The translations under genes and the position numbers were made by a program. From assembly GCA_964234715.1 (NCBI GenBank), contig OZ174278.1: DNA of 64,000 nucleotides; one strand, given 5' to 3'. Origin of the DNA: Podarcis melisellensis. Taxonomy: Eukaryota. Position 1 is the first letter of the stretch. Every line of letters begins with the position of its first letter. The notes beneath the pieces were generated by a model. It saw only the letters and a list, made by a program, of their open reading frames with translations, did not search any database and was not told the origin of the DNA. Below are positions 1-12,930 of this stretch, piece by piece.

Positions 1-2299
1 CAAAGTTGTTGATCACTCAGGGGCACCCACGACCAGCTGGTACTGTAGATCATGATTGACCCATTTGACAGCCCTGGTTTAGAGCATTTATCATATATGG
101 GGAATAATTGAAAATAATGGTTTTCAGATATTCTAGTTTTCAGTTTGTTTGTTTTTTTTAAAAAGACATTTTCATGTAAACTCTGGCATGTCTGCAATAC
201 AACAACTACTGCATTTTTCAGAGGATTCTGGTGAGTTTTCTAGGGTAACTCTCAGTTTTCACATAACTCTGGCCAGGCCTCTACTGCTGCTCATGTGTGA
301 AATGAGTCTGTGCCCTAGGGCAAAATAAACGCTCTGCTGAGGCAACGTATTGCAATGGAAGATCAGCAGCGATGAGCAAGCTGTCTTTCACAGAAGCTTG
401 CCTGTCATACATTTTCAATTATGGAACCCCTGGTGAGCTTTTGAGGAACCTGGCATTTGCACCTGACATCCTTGAGCAGTGGTCAAGACCTTCCTTTCGG
501 CCCAACACTTGTGAGCAGCACCAGGTGGCTGAATCTAGCTACGCTTTTAATTTCTTATAGTGCCACCAAGCTTGCTGTTCTAGGCATTGTGCAAAATTGC
601 AAGGGTAAAAAGACTTAGCTGGCAAGTGGTGCTTGGAACTCTACCATCACAGTCAGGGTCCATTGACAGAGAAAACAGGGCCCAACTTCAGATGCTTTGC
701 CCAGGTCTGCCCCCAAACCTCCAGCCAGGTTTCTTAAACCTTAGGTTGCCCTGGAACCTGTTTTGCTAGCCGCTTGCAGAGATATGAGCTTGGTAATGCT
801 TCATCATGGTATGATTCAATATTTCCATAATAAACAGATACCCATTAACAGTGCCTCGTTTTCTAACGTCCGAGAACAAGCTGTCGTAGATTGCTCTATG
901 CGAAAGCCCATATGTGTGAATTTGCCATCACAGTTCTCCTGAGTAGTGCCAGAGAGGCTGACTTCTGTTTGCAGTATTGCCTAATCTCTTTAATCAGTGT
1001 TGACTGTAAAATGATGGCAGAGATCCTAGTTTAGCAGTGAAGTTTCAATGAATCACTAGCGCCAATAGCTTGCAACTGGTTGGTAACAGAGAGGGACAGA
1101 GAAGAGTATATAATCTCTTGCAGGCAAGGAGGGGAGTCTGTTAAATGGCTTCCTGATTATTTGTGTGTGAGAGAGGGATAATTCTGGTTGAGAAATGGGA
1201 TAGATGTGTTTTCTAAATGCTTCTGACTGCAAGGCAGTTAAATTTTAATTACTTTGGTGATGGCCACTGTGGGTGGATGGCTGAAGGCAAGACGGCACAT
1301 ATGCAGGATATGACTGCCATCATGTTTTTCTGCAGTTTGGAGGCAGTGCCAATATTTTTTTCTCCCCCTCACTGGTATCACATCCATTAGCTAAGCCTCA
1401 TTGCTTTTCCAGTAATCCCTGTGGCCGTTTGTAGACGCTTTATAAACAGCGGCCTGCAATTTTTGACTGGCATTGAAAGCTGAGTATAAAAAAAAGTGAT
1501 TTCCATGTTCATCCCCATCACCACCTCCACCTGCCTTTCCAGCAGAGAGTTAAATGACTTAGACTTACTTCACAAGGCATGCTGGGTGCCCTATCTTTGC
1601 ACCCCGAAGGCACTCTGCAGCCCCCACCAAGGAAGGAGGAGTGAATGAAGCTGTACATTCGGAACAAATGGAGGGAGCATAGACCTACATCAGGAAAGGG
1701 CTGCTGCTGGTCGAATCAACCTTAGCTGATGGTTGAAGTGGGAACCAAAAGCTGCCATGGGGTGGAGCAGGGGAACAGGACCTGTTGTGAACCACAGCAG
1801 GTAGCTGCAGAGCTCAGGAGGCCCCAGAGGGCAGCCCCCACCATTTCCTCCCTAGGGGTGGGAGGAGGAGACCAGCAGCGCCTGCTACTCGCCAATAAGC
1901 CACTGTAGAGGTGGCACTGGGAGGCTTCTGAGGAGGTGGCAGATCTAGAGCTGCTGCCTATGTGGATCCTGCTGCCCGAGGCGGTCACCTCACCTTGCCC
2001 CATGGGTGGGCCGGCCCCATTTGCAAGTTTGGCCATTCCGAGGTAGAGTGGACTGGGCAACCTGTGACCAAGCGACCCCAAGCCCTGCTCACAACCTTGG
2101 AGGTTGGCAAGGGGTAGGGATCATTGGTGCACATGTGTTTGGGATGAACCCGCCCCAACAACTGTAACGTTGGGTGTAAGGGTTCTTTGCTTGTCGTGCT
2201 CACCTGAGAGGGGTGATGTAGTTGTTATGGCGAGAGCGAAATGTTGACTCCTGTTTAGCATGATGATGGAAAAAGGTAGGCCTTCTAGCTTACTCAGTA

Positions 2300-2495
2300 C
2301 AGTCGTACCTCAGGTTACAGACTCCGCTAACCTGGAAGTAGTACCTTGGATTAAGAACTTTACCTCAGGGTGAGAACAGAAATCACGTGGCACCGGGAGG
2401 CCCCATTAGCTAAAGTGGTACCTCAGGTTAAGAACGGTTTCAGGTTAAGAACGGACCTCCGGAACGAATTAAGTTCTTAACCAGAGGTACCACTG
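2300..2495. mobile_element. Tigger-like MITE
   Basis: TA|CAGTCGTACCTC...GAGGTACCACTG|TA. Confidence 0.8.
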
Positions 2496-3000
2496 TACAG
2501 TGTTCACCATTTGCATGTCAGCTGGCCCCCTGGGACTTCTGTTTCCTTGTCTGGCATAGGGATGGCTACTATCAGTCCGGTATTATCCATATTCTGATGC
2601 AGAGGAATAGAAGGCGAGCTGTTATTTGTTTGAGGCACATATGTGGCAACCTGCCAACGATTTATTAAAGTCTCATGCTGACACTGTGTTGCAAATTTAC
2701 TGTCACTGAGAGTTTTTGTCTGTTCAACCAAGCCATGCGCTTCAGCACTAGTGATATTCTGTGCAGAAATGAACCCATGCCTTATATGCCTTTTGTTTTC
2801 AAAGTGTGAGTTCAAGTGCTTGTGATAACTGCTGCAGATGTAGTAAGTGACGTGATTTCAAATACTGTAGTCTTGTCTGCTTTTGGATAACCCAAAACTA
2901 AAATGTGACCATTTTAAAATGGAAAGTGTGACATGAAGCATGTTTTGAAAGAAAGTCATCCTTTGGTATTTTACTCAATCACTTTGGGATATATGTTCAG

Positions 3001-3005
<5 letters not shown>

Positions 3006-3057
<52 letters not shown>
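3006..3057. repeat. (TA)n microsatellite
   Basis: Direct reading. Confidence 0.98.
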
Positions 3058-3060
<3 letters not shown>

Positions 3061-3956
3061 AAGAAGCTCCTCTGGTTCTCCCTATACTGGAACAGATGAG
3101 AAAGAAGGAAGATACAGCCACGATCTGTCTTGTGGATGCAGACTTTCTCTTGCCTTTCCTGATTTTCCTGGATTCATTTTGTTTCCAAGTTTAACACCAG
3201 AAAGTAAAACTCTGACACAAAACAGCGAAGCAAAATAGGGAAAAGTGCCAGGAGAGAAGCATCTAGATGATTTTTGTTTTTTAAAAAATAAAAATGGTCT
3301 AAACCTACGTAATTGTCATAGTTATATTTTTTTAATTCTCTCTCATGCCTGGGTCTGTTTTGATTTTTTAACAAAAGAAATAGTTTCCTTGCGGAATCCA
3401 CCAAGTTCCTGCTAGTCCTGCATTCTGATTTTTAACAGGCCTCTATTGCTTTTGCCTTTGGGAAGCTCAAAGCATAGTTGTGATGATGATTTTTTTTGCT
3501 TGGTATTTGAGCATCAGAATCTGGTACTTGAAGGCAAAAGTCCTCTTGGCCAACCTTCCCTGACCTGATACCCTCCAGAGGCTGCTTGACTACAGACTGT
3601 GTCTGATAGGAGTTGGAATTGTATCTCTAGGGCTGCTGTATCCTGTCGTTGGTTTATATTAAGAACACAAGCACAACCACAACCATGATGCTGCAATTCA
3701 AGGTTTAAAAACAAAAGAGAGTCATCAGACCATATCTAGCTTCTGTTAAATCTCCTGAGTTGTTATGGCCCAAACATTTGACGGGCACCATGCTGGGGAA
3801 GGCTGCACTTGGCTATCTATATTGTATTATACTTATGCTTGTGAAGCCCCTGATAGCGATTGGCTGAGCTTGTGGGATGGTACGTTATGTTCCTGAACAT
3901 TCCAGTTACTCGATAAGCAAAGCTGTCAGAATGTTTGCAGTCCATCTTCATGAGGA

Positions 3957-4361
3957 AATAATAATAAATTTTATTTATACCCTGCCCTCCCCAGCCAAGG
4001 CCGGGCTCAGGGCGGCTAACAACCAATAATAAAAACAAGTTGAATGAATACAACTTAAAAACAAGATTAAAATACAACATTAAAACATTAAAATGCAGCC
4101 TCATCACAGGAGGAGAAAGGAAAAAAGAAAGAGGGGGAGGGAATCAAATTGACTCCAAGCCAAAGGCCAGGCAAAACAACTCTGTCTTACAGGCCCTGCG
4201 GAAAGAAATCAGATCCTGCAGGGCCCTGGTCTCATGAGGCAGAGTGTTCCGCGAGGCCGGAGCCACTGTTGAAAAAGCCCTGGCTCTGGTTGAGGCTAAT
4301 CTAACTTCCTTAGGACCCGGGACCTCTAGGGTGTTGCTATTTATGGACCTTAAAGTCCTCC
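3957..4361 (-). mobile_element. L2-clade LINE 3' end (second family); a short tail copy lies at 18488-18586
   Basis: - strand reads RAFSTVAPASRNTLP-like peptide; shared gccgggctcagggcggctaac 3' motif. Confidence 0.75.
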
Positions 4362-5014
4362 TTAAGGAAAGGGAAAGTTGTCTGACTGGAATTAAAGCTT
4401 CAAATGGATCCTCGGAACAAGAGGAGCTTTATGAGGCAGCATGAGGATGCAGAACAGTTTCCAGAAGATAGGAAAAGGAAGAGGAAGAAAGCCTGGAGAT
4501 ATGGCTGTTGAAAGAATTATCTTCTACAATACATACTGATGTAAAATCAGTGGCTAATTCTTTGGCTGCAAGCTTCTAGTCAGGATCAATGGCTGCTGAT
4601 AAACCTGTGCTCCATGAATTTGTTAAATTCTTTTTGAAGTAATCTAAGCTAGTACTTATCATTACATCTTATGGTAGTGAATACAAAAAAATCGACTGGA
4701 GAAGTACTTCCGTTAGTTGCTGATGATCAGTTTCATTGAATGCCTTGGAATCAACACGGCTTCTGCAAAGGGAAATCCTGTTTCACAAAGCTTTTAAGTT
4801 ATGAGTGTCAACACTTCCAAAAAGCTTTTGACAAAGGCCTTCTCTGGTGAATAAATTTAGCAGCCATGGAATAAGAATTTAAGTAATGTAATGGATTAAA
4901 AAATGAAACAACTGAAAGAGTAAATTGTCAGTTCTCCTAATAGAGAGAAGTGGGACCTGTAAGGATCTGCCTTAAGACCAGTGCTATTTTTGTAATACAT
5001 AAATAATATAGAAA

Positions 5015-5357
5015 GAAGAGTTGCTGAAAGAAAAACAGACATTATTTATGTATGCTACAACAGCGGCAAGAATTTTAATACCACAAAACTGGAAGACTGG
5101 AGAAGTACCATCAAAAGAAGAATGGCAAGAAAAGTTGATGAACTATGTAGAGTTAGCAAAGTTAATGGACAAACTGCGTGAAAAGGACAATAGTGATTTT
5201 GAAAAAGATTGGGAACGCTTTACAATATATTTGTACAAACAACAACAAAAATGGACGTTGGCAGTTTGTATCATATACAAACAGCCGAATGTATCATTTA
5301 ATGTAATAAACCAGAAATGGAAGAAAATCAATAAAAATTCTAGAATAAAGGTTGAGC
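5015..5357 (+). mobile_element. L1/Tx1-type LINE ORF2 C-terminal fragment
   Basis: LFMYATTAARILIPQNWKTGEVPSKEEWQEKLMNYVELAKL..DWERFTIYL resembles squamate L1 ORF2 ends. Confidence 0.7.
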
Positions 5358-5380
5358 AGTAAGGTTTCAGGTTACGTTAA

Positions 5381-5735
5381 GGGACGCGGGTGGTGCTGTG
5401 GGTTAAACCACAGAGCCTAGGACTTGCTGATCAGAAGGTTGGCGGTTCGAATCCCCACGACGGGGTGAGCTCCCGTTGTTCGGTCCCTGCTCCTGCCAAC
5501 CTAGCAGTTTGAAAGCATGTCAAAGTGCAAATAGAGAAATAGGTACTGCTCCAGCGGGAAAGTAAACGGCGTTTCCATGCGCTGCTCTGGTTCGCCAGAA
5601 GTGGCTTAGACTTGCTGGCCACATGACCCGGAAGCTTTACGCTGGCTCCCTCGGCCAATAAGGCGAGATGAGAGCTGTGACCCCAGAGTCGGTCATGACT
5701 GGACCTAATGGTCAGGGGTCCCTTTACCTTTACCT
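5381..5735 (+). mobile_element. Sauria SINE
   Basis: GGGACGCGGGTGG.GCTG head, GGTTCGAATCC B-box, (ACCTTT)n tail; TSD agtaaggtttca at 5358-5369 and 5736-5747. Confidence 0.92.
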
Positions 5736-7007
5736 AGTAAGGTTTCACAATGCTTAAAATGGACTGCAAGGAGCTCCAAAGTAACACATCCAAAATGTTT
5801 AATTGGGCGGCATTTAACATCATTGCAGCTTGTGTCTGGGAGCTGTTAAGTAAATATAAAATGACAAGATCCCCTACCATCCAATAAAAGCTTTTGGAGT
5901 TAAAACTGAGAGCGACTTATCAGATATTGGATCTTGGGGTTGTGGTGGACAGCTCATTGAAAACTTTGATGCAATATGAGGAGGTGTGTGGAAAAGGTAA
6001 ATTCTGTGCTAGGGATGTTTGGTATGCAAATACCTGTAAGAGCGCATCTCAATAGAAGTCTGCCCACGTCTTGAATTCTTTATAGGTTTTCTCCATTCTA
6101 CACAGGTAGGTAAACTGTATTCTTTGATGACATGAGGTAGAGCCTTCTTTGTAGTAGCACCTCACTCTGTTATTTTCAGTTGCCTTTTATTTATTTTGGA
6201 TGGCGCATTCTTTGGTTTATTGCTTGTTGTATGATGTGGCTGGTTTGTTTTATTTTTCTATACCGTGACCTAGTATTGGTTTAGAATGAAGGATGAGTCA
6301 TTAATATTTTAAATTAATTAATAAGTATTAGGAAAGAAAATGACCAGGATCACAAAGCCTTTTTGTAAATTGGTGGTGTGGTGACATTGGTAGCCATATG
6401 TACGGTTTGGGTTTCTACACCTCAAAAAAAAAAATATTGGCGTAAGTGAAACAAAAAATAAACTCAACTAAAAATGATAAATGGGAGCATATTTCTTTCC
6501 CATGTTACAGAATTCAGGTATTTTGGAAAATATTTGTCCAACCATTGTTGTCCTATACTAATTTTAATGTGTCCATGGATCCTCTTGTTTGTTAACTTAG
6601 ATGTAACTTAGCCTTAGCCCCCAGAAGGAAACACAAGGTAATATTAAATGGGCTGAGTGGTTGCTAGACTGCCTTATATGCTCATCACTGGAAACACAAG
6701 GAGATAACTACAAAACAGGTATGACGGGGGTAATTGTGGGAGACTCTTGTTAGTCAAACTGATGGCATTTGGAAAATCTTCAAATGCATTTGAATGTGAT
6801 ATTCTGCTTATTGTAAATGTTCTTTATATTACATAAAGCTTTAGCTTTTGTATGTTTTGATTCTGCTATCAAATGAAATGTAAAAACAACAATTAATTAA
6901 TTAAAATAGATCAAGGAGTTAGAATAGCCTCCCTACATAAAAAGGCCACAGCCTTTTGGACTCCCCAGTAAAAAATAAAAATATTTTGTTAAGGGAGAAC
7001 ATGAAAT

Positions 7008-7591
7008 TGTTACCGGAAAAATCCGAGGGCTCCCTTGGACAAAAAGTAAAGACACCAACCAGAGTAAATTGAAGCAAATCAGCAGCCTGTAGGCTTGGTC
7101 TTTATTGAAGAAAGACTGTCGCGACAGGGTGCTCCCCTCACTTGCAGGTGAGAGGAAAGACCCAGAAAGATGGTGTGCAAGACCTTATAAAAACTTTTGA
7201 AATTCCCACCCTGTAGGTCAAGCCCACCCCCAGAAACATCATGCATACATTACAGAAAGGAGGGGTTGAGGGGGGGAGTTGTGGTGGTAACCTGAGTGTC
7301 CTGTCACCTGGCTGATTCCCTTCTCTCCCCCTCCCCACGAGTCACTTCCAGGAGACAAAGGGGAGTTGGCAGTTTCCTGCCCCCAGAGGGAAGATCTGAT
7401 CATTGTCCTTTGTTTCAGTCCATGCTGAATCCACTCCCATATGCAAGTTCTTTGTGATCTTGATTGTCTTCTGTCTAGGACCATCAGGGTTGGCATAGCA
7501 ACTGGGCAGGACTCCTGTGGATGTGCTGGGATGGTGAAGGGATTATGGCTGGCCCGTATCAAACCATCCCCATTTTGTAGTCCTTCCTTCA
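7008..7591 (-). mobile_element. Possible solo LTR
   Basis: TG...CA termini, TATAA and AATAAA on the - strand, interrupts the CR1; no clear TSD. Confidence 0.45.
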
Positions 7592-9163
7592 TGGAGTAAA
7601 ATAAAAGTGGAACAGTGCAAATCCGATGTATGGTTGATTTTCTATGAATTTATAACAGAAGTGTAGCGTATGTAGTGTGTGTGAAGTTTGTACAAACTGA
7701 ATGATGGGGGGGGGGTTTCCTGCTACAAAATAAGATCATATAAACTGAGCGGTGGGAATAAGGAGAATGCACCCACTCATCAGACTAGGGTGATCCCATT
7801 GAATTTGATTGACAGGAGAGGCAAAAGGAAAGTATTTATACACAACATAGAATCAATCTATAGAATTGGCTGCCAGACGTTGTGGTGACAGGCACTGGCT
7901 TCAATGATTTTAAATAGGGGTTTAGACACATTCATGGAAAAGAATAGATCTTAGCCACAGGGTGGGGGGAGCGAAATGCTGCATGGATGGCTTGTTGCCT
8001 TTATTTATTTTATCCAGAGCATTTAGTCCCTGCTCTTCAACCAGAAAGGCTTTCAGAGCCACTTACAAACTAATGCAACAACACAGTCCCCGCCTCAGGC
8101 TTGTGATCTTAAAAAGATATGGCACAAAAGGAAAAGGGGATGGAGAGGAAAGATGAAAGCAAACTAACTTAGGCACCAAATTCTAGGTCTTGCTAAGTTC
8201 TTACTGTGCAAAACTTGGGTGGGTGTGCAGCTTGAGGTCTTTCTGCAAGCTTGCTTACCACAGCTAGAGTTGTTGTTTACCATCCTGGCAACTTTCAGTT
8301 TGCAGGACAGAAAACCAGTTCAATAAATGCTGGACAGGATGAGCTGTTGTTCTTTTGCAGCAGGGCTCTTCTTGTGTCCTTAATCCTGTGCAGAAGTGGA
8401 AGTAAGGAGAGAAATTGGTATAGCTGTTAAATAAACCAAAGCAAGGAGGTTGGGGGGAGGTTATGATAGGATGCCCCTCACTTATATATCTTTAATGCTA
8501 ACTTCAAAGCAGACTTCTTAGTTGGCCGTTCCATGGTATGAGCTTCACACTTGCTAAATGCACCCACTTAGCTGTCAAATTTATACATCTTTGTGACTCT
8601 TCTTCCCCCCACCTCCTCCTTCTAGGAAAATGAACTAATATAAATACTTGAAGAATGTGACCAATTACTGACTCATCTAGTGAAATGGGAATAAAAGCAA
8701 AACTTGTCTTAATCATTCATTTCTTGGAACCGTTCACTTCCATGCAATCAAAAGTGATGGCTTCTGCTGGGGGAAAAATTCCAGAGGATGGTTTACCTTT
8801 GCTTTTTAAAGAGTGCTTACTGCCAGAGGCTTTTTGTATGTGAGTGACAGTGTACTACTTGATGCTTCTCAATTCACATGGACACTGTCAATCTCCTGTA
8901 CGATCCCTACTCATTTAAATAGACTAAAATAATCCATAGAAGAAGCACAGCAACGGGCATCAAAGCAGCTGCCGTAATGTCAAACCTGGTTCACTTTATA
9001 TCTCCTGGATGAGGTGCTTTTCTCTTTCACTGCTTATGTAGGACCAGCTCTACCATTTGGCAATGTGCGGCAGCTGCCTCAGGTGGCAGGAGCAGGGAAA
9101 GAGGCTGATGTGCTTGAGGACAGAGCTGTGAGTTTCCTGTGTCCTGTCTTGCATGCCTACACT

Positions 9164-9546
9164 GTGGTGCTGAAGTCTAAACCACTGAGCCTCCTGGGCT
9201 TGCCGATCAGAAAGTTGGCGGTTCGAATCCACTCGACGGTGGTGAGCTCCTGTTGCTCCGTCCTAGCTTCTGTCGACCTAGCAGTTTGAAAGCACACCAG
9301 TGAAAGTAGATAAATAGTTACCGCTGTGGCAGGAAGGTAAACAGCGTTTCAGTGCACTCTGGCACTCGTCCCAGTATCCTGTTGAACCAGAAGCAGTTTA
9401 GTCATGCTGGTCACATGACCCGGAAAGCTGTCTGGACAAATGCCTTCTCCCTCGGCCTGAAAGCGAGATGAGTGCCGCACCCCATAGTCACCTTTGATTG
9501 GACATAATCATCCAGGGGTCCTATACTCTTTACTTTTTACCTTTAC
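9164..9546 (+). mobile_element. Sauria SINE (older subfamily)
   Basis: Same head, core and tail motifs, more diverged. Confidence 0.85.
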
Positions 9547-12438
9547 ACTAGCCTGCTGTCACCGAGTCTGTCAGGTTGTGTTTTGTATTAATATGGGGAC
9601 CTTTGAACCAAAAATCAGCATATAACTCAACCTTAGCTTATTGTTGTTGCTGTGCCTTGAGCTGGAGCAAAAGCCAAGATTATTCATATTTACCTGAACA
9701 TATGACTGGAAGGTAGATTTCGCAGTGTGTGCATATACGTCACAGCCCCCACCCAGCCACTCATTTGCTTAGTTTCCTTCTTAGATTGTATTGTAGATTA
9801 TTCCAGCCAAAGCTATTTGTAGCTTGTGGAAAATGTAAGCTGTTCTCGTTAGTCTTCATGCACCTACTTCTGATGTGGTAAGTTGGAACTTGTTTTTGTC
9901 TGGATGCAGGTTATAAATAGAACAAAAGGCTCATTTTCAGAATCTTTACTGACATTAGGGCAGCCGAGAACTGCAAAATGCTTTGAAGATTGGCTGGCAG
10001 ATTTCAGATCAAGAAATTTAGGAAGCATTTGGGAATGCAGGCCTTTTTTGGATTGAAGCTTTCTGACGGCAGGTTGTTTTTCTTTTTTTTAACGATCTGC
10101 TTTAAAGCCTCCGCTTTGCATGTCATAACTACTACAGGTTTCCAAGATACAGAATAATGATAATTTTTAAAATGTGGGCTGGAGTGTAAATAAGTGATGG
10201 AAAAAAATCTGTTCTGTTTCAGCTGTATTATATAATGAAATTGACCTAGGTCAGCAGCCTCCACAGGAGCTCTGCGTCTTGACTTCCCCAGTTGCTGCCA
10301 ATTGCATATGTCTCTATGACTGTTTTGCTAGAGGAAGCCCCCACTCCAACCTTCTGCTTCCCCAAAAACAGCTACATTGGTTGCCAGAGTCCTGTAAGTG
10401 ACCCTCTGCCATTAGAATGTTTCTGAGAATTCTCTTGCTATAGGAACTCGGCTGAAGCTAAAGTGGGGCTCATATGCCAGGTTTATTGCAGGAAGTTGAT
10501 TCATGTATGCAATGGAGCTGGTGGAAATGCACCATATGCCATGGTTCAGGACAGTTTGCAATTTTAGGACCATAAAACCAAATGCAAATTAACAAGAAAA
10601 CGGAAGCCAAGGGGGATGCAGAGCATAAAAGAAGGGGTTCACCTACTTATTAAACCTGTCAAGTCAGAATCATCATCATCATGTGTAGGTGTTGGAAGGC
10701 CAAGGGAGAGGGATTCTAATGGGCTTCCTTAAGTGCAAGGAGCGCTGCCATTTTAGCATTGCCACAGAGAAAAAACCCTCTGTGTCCCAGGTAGTTGCAC
10801 TATTGCAGCATGGAAAATAAGTTCTGAAGCAGATCTTGGGGAATAGGAAGGAACAGGTGGGCTGCTATAGGAACGCACACACAGAGAGAGAATCCCTTAG
10901 GTATAATAGACCCAAGCCATTTAAGACATTAAAAGTTGATCACCAGGATTTTGGAAATGAATCAGCAGCCACTGCTACTTTTGTAGAATGGGTCTGCTAT
11001 GCTCCCATAAAGGAGCACCTACTGCTATCAGTCTCCTTGCTGTGTTATGGACCAACTCACATTCCTAGAGACTCTTCGAAGTGAGTCCTATGTAGAGTGA
11101 ATTGCTGTAATACAGATGTGGGTGTGACTGAGGCATGTAAGACACCTTGCACAGGCCAGAGACCCCGCCTTCAGGTGTGTGCGTGTATGTTTTGCAACCA
11201 AGCACCACCAGGAAGGGCAAAGCACAAAGAGAAAATTGAGCAAGAAGGTGGCGGTTGTGGTATAATGTTGCCCTATTGGTATTGACTTATGACAGGGCCT
11301 TCTCGCTGGCAGCTCCCTGCTTGTAATATGCCCTCCCTCACGAATGGCTTTAAGGAGAATTCTGAAGACATTCCTCTTTGCTTAGGCATTTGGTAGCTGA
11401 GAGATACTGTGAGGGTATGAAATGTTTTTAAATGTTTTTAGATGTTCCCCCCAAAAATTCTACATTCTTAAACTGGGGGGAAATATGCCTATTTTGGTAG
11501 TGGTTAAATGAGCAAAATGTGTGTCAGACCAAATGGACATGGATGGGAGGAGGCAAAAGATGGCACAAGGAAACAGCTGTCCAATGTTCTGCAAATGTGA
11601 TGTCATCCTGTTTATGTTTTGGACCCTGGCTAAGCTTGGCAAGGTAAAGTTTTGTCTTGCAAATATTGTGGAAATGTGATTTCTAGAGTGATGGCATTTG
11701 CATTGGTTCCATACGTTTTCAGTATATGTTGCTTTAGTCTACAATGAATAAAAATAGAAAACCGTTGAGGTTGGTATTAAGAATAATTATCAGATTGCTT
11801 CTTTTCATTTTAGCACATCTTTCCCCCCTCTTTTTTTCAGTCTCCTCTATTTCTGTGTATAATATTACACTGTTAATGGATAGTTGCCGTTAACACAGAG
11901 AGCAGAATGTGTAATTTGTCCTCTCTCTTACTGCAAGATTGTATTTCTCTGGCATAATAATAAATATGCATTTGCTGACTTTAGCATATTACAGTTCCTT
12001 ATTTTATCCTTTTCGGTTTGCGAGATCCATCATTTGGTTTGTTACAGAATTGATTTCAAGTAGCAAATTGTCATTTTAATTTCTGCACAGTTAATTTTCT
12101 GGAATATTGAATTTCTTGCCTCTACTTGTAGCAATTATTCTGTATTGTGCATTTTATGAATATATTTACAGGTAGATAATTTTATTTACAGATGTTCAAG
12201 GGCAAGTGCTTCTTTTTTTAAGCATCTGCAAGTGACAAGAGTTGGCTGGGTATGGTTGTTTGAACCTATACAGCAGTATAAAAATGCTGGTTGTGAAATT
12301 ACTAGTATGTTTTTCTCCCAGGTTCCATACAAGGATATAAATTATGTCTCCGAGCTACCTTTGTTAGCCCCTTAACAACAGATTGTGGTCCTTGATGGAT
12401 ATAGGCATCATCATTCAAAGATGTACACAGTGGTCCCA

Positions 12439-12930
12439 CAGCTAGACTGGTGACTGGGAGTGGCCGCCGGGACCACATAACACCGGTTCTGAGAGATCTG
12501 CACTGGCTCCCAGTACGTTTCCGAGCACGATTCAAAGTGTTGGTGCTGACCTTTAAAGCCCTAAACGGCCTCGGTCCTGTATACCTGAAGGAGCGTCTCC
12601 ACCCCCATCGTTCAGCCCGGACACTGAGATCCAGTGCCGAGGGCCTTCTGGCGGTTCCGTCATTGCGAGAAGTGAGGCTACAGGGAACCAGACAGAGGGC
12701 CTTCTCGGTAGTGGCGCCCGCCCTGTGGAACGCCCTCCCATCAGATGTCAAAGAGATAAAGAATTACCTGACATTCAGAAAACATCTTAAGGCAGCCCTG
12801 TTCAGGGAAGTTTTTAATATGTAATGCTGTACTGTTTTTAACACTGATTGGGAGCCGCCCAGAGTGGCTGGGGAAACTCAGCCAGATGGGCGGGGTATAA
12901 ATAATAAATTATTATTATTATTATTATTAT
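12439..12930 (+). mobile_element. L2-clade LINE 3' end (ORF2 C-terminus, 3' UTR and (TAT)n tail)
   Basis: DHITPVLRDLHWLPVRFRARFKVLVLTFKALNGLGP..RAFSVVAPALWNALP is the characteristic L2 ORF2 C-terminus. Confidence 0.92.

Larger units (their letters stand above)
4770..7945 (+). mobile_element. Old CR1 LINE, fragmented by later insertions
   Basis: Decayed collinear motifs FQKAFDK (4815), GS.L.PVLF (4965), DLGVVVDSS (5930) and a CR1-like 3' end (7780-7940). Confidence 0.7.

Noticed and set aside
1600-2230. GC-richer segment with short ORFs, possibly an LTR or exon
   Set aside because: I could not identify termini, a TSD, splice signals or protein similarity
2933-3238. ORFs with poly-IY, poly-N or poly-I tracts (also 33930-34139 and 34971-35282)
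   Set aside because: Translations of microsatellites
12450-12824. 124-aa ORF as a host gene
   Set aside because: It is the L2 LINE ORF2 C-terminus, with another copy at 34018-34410
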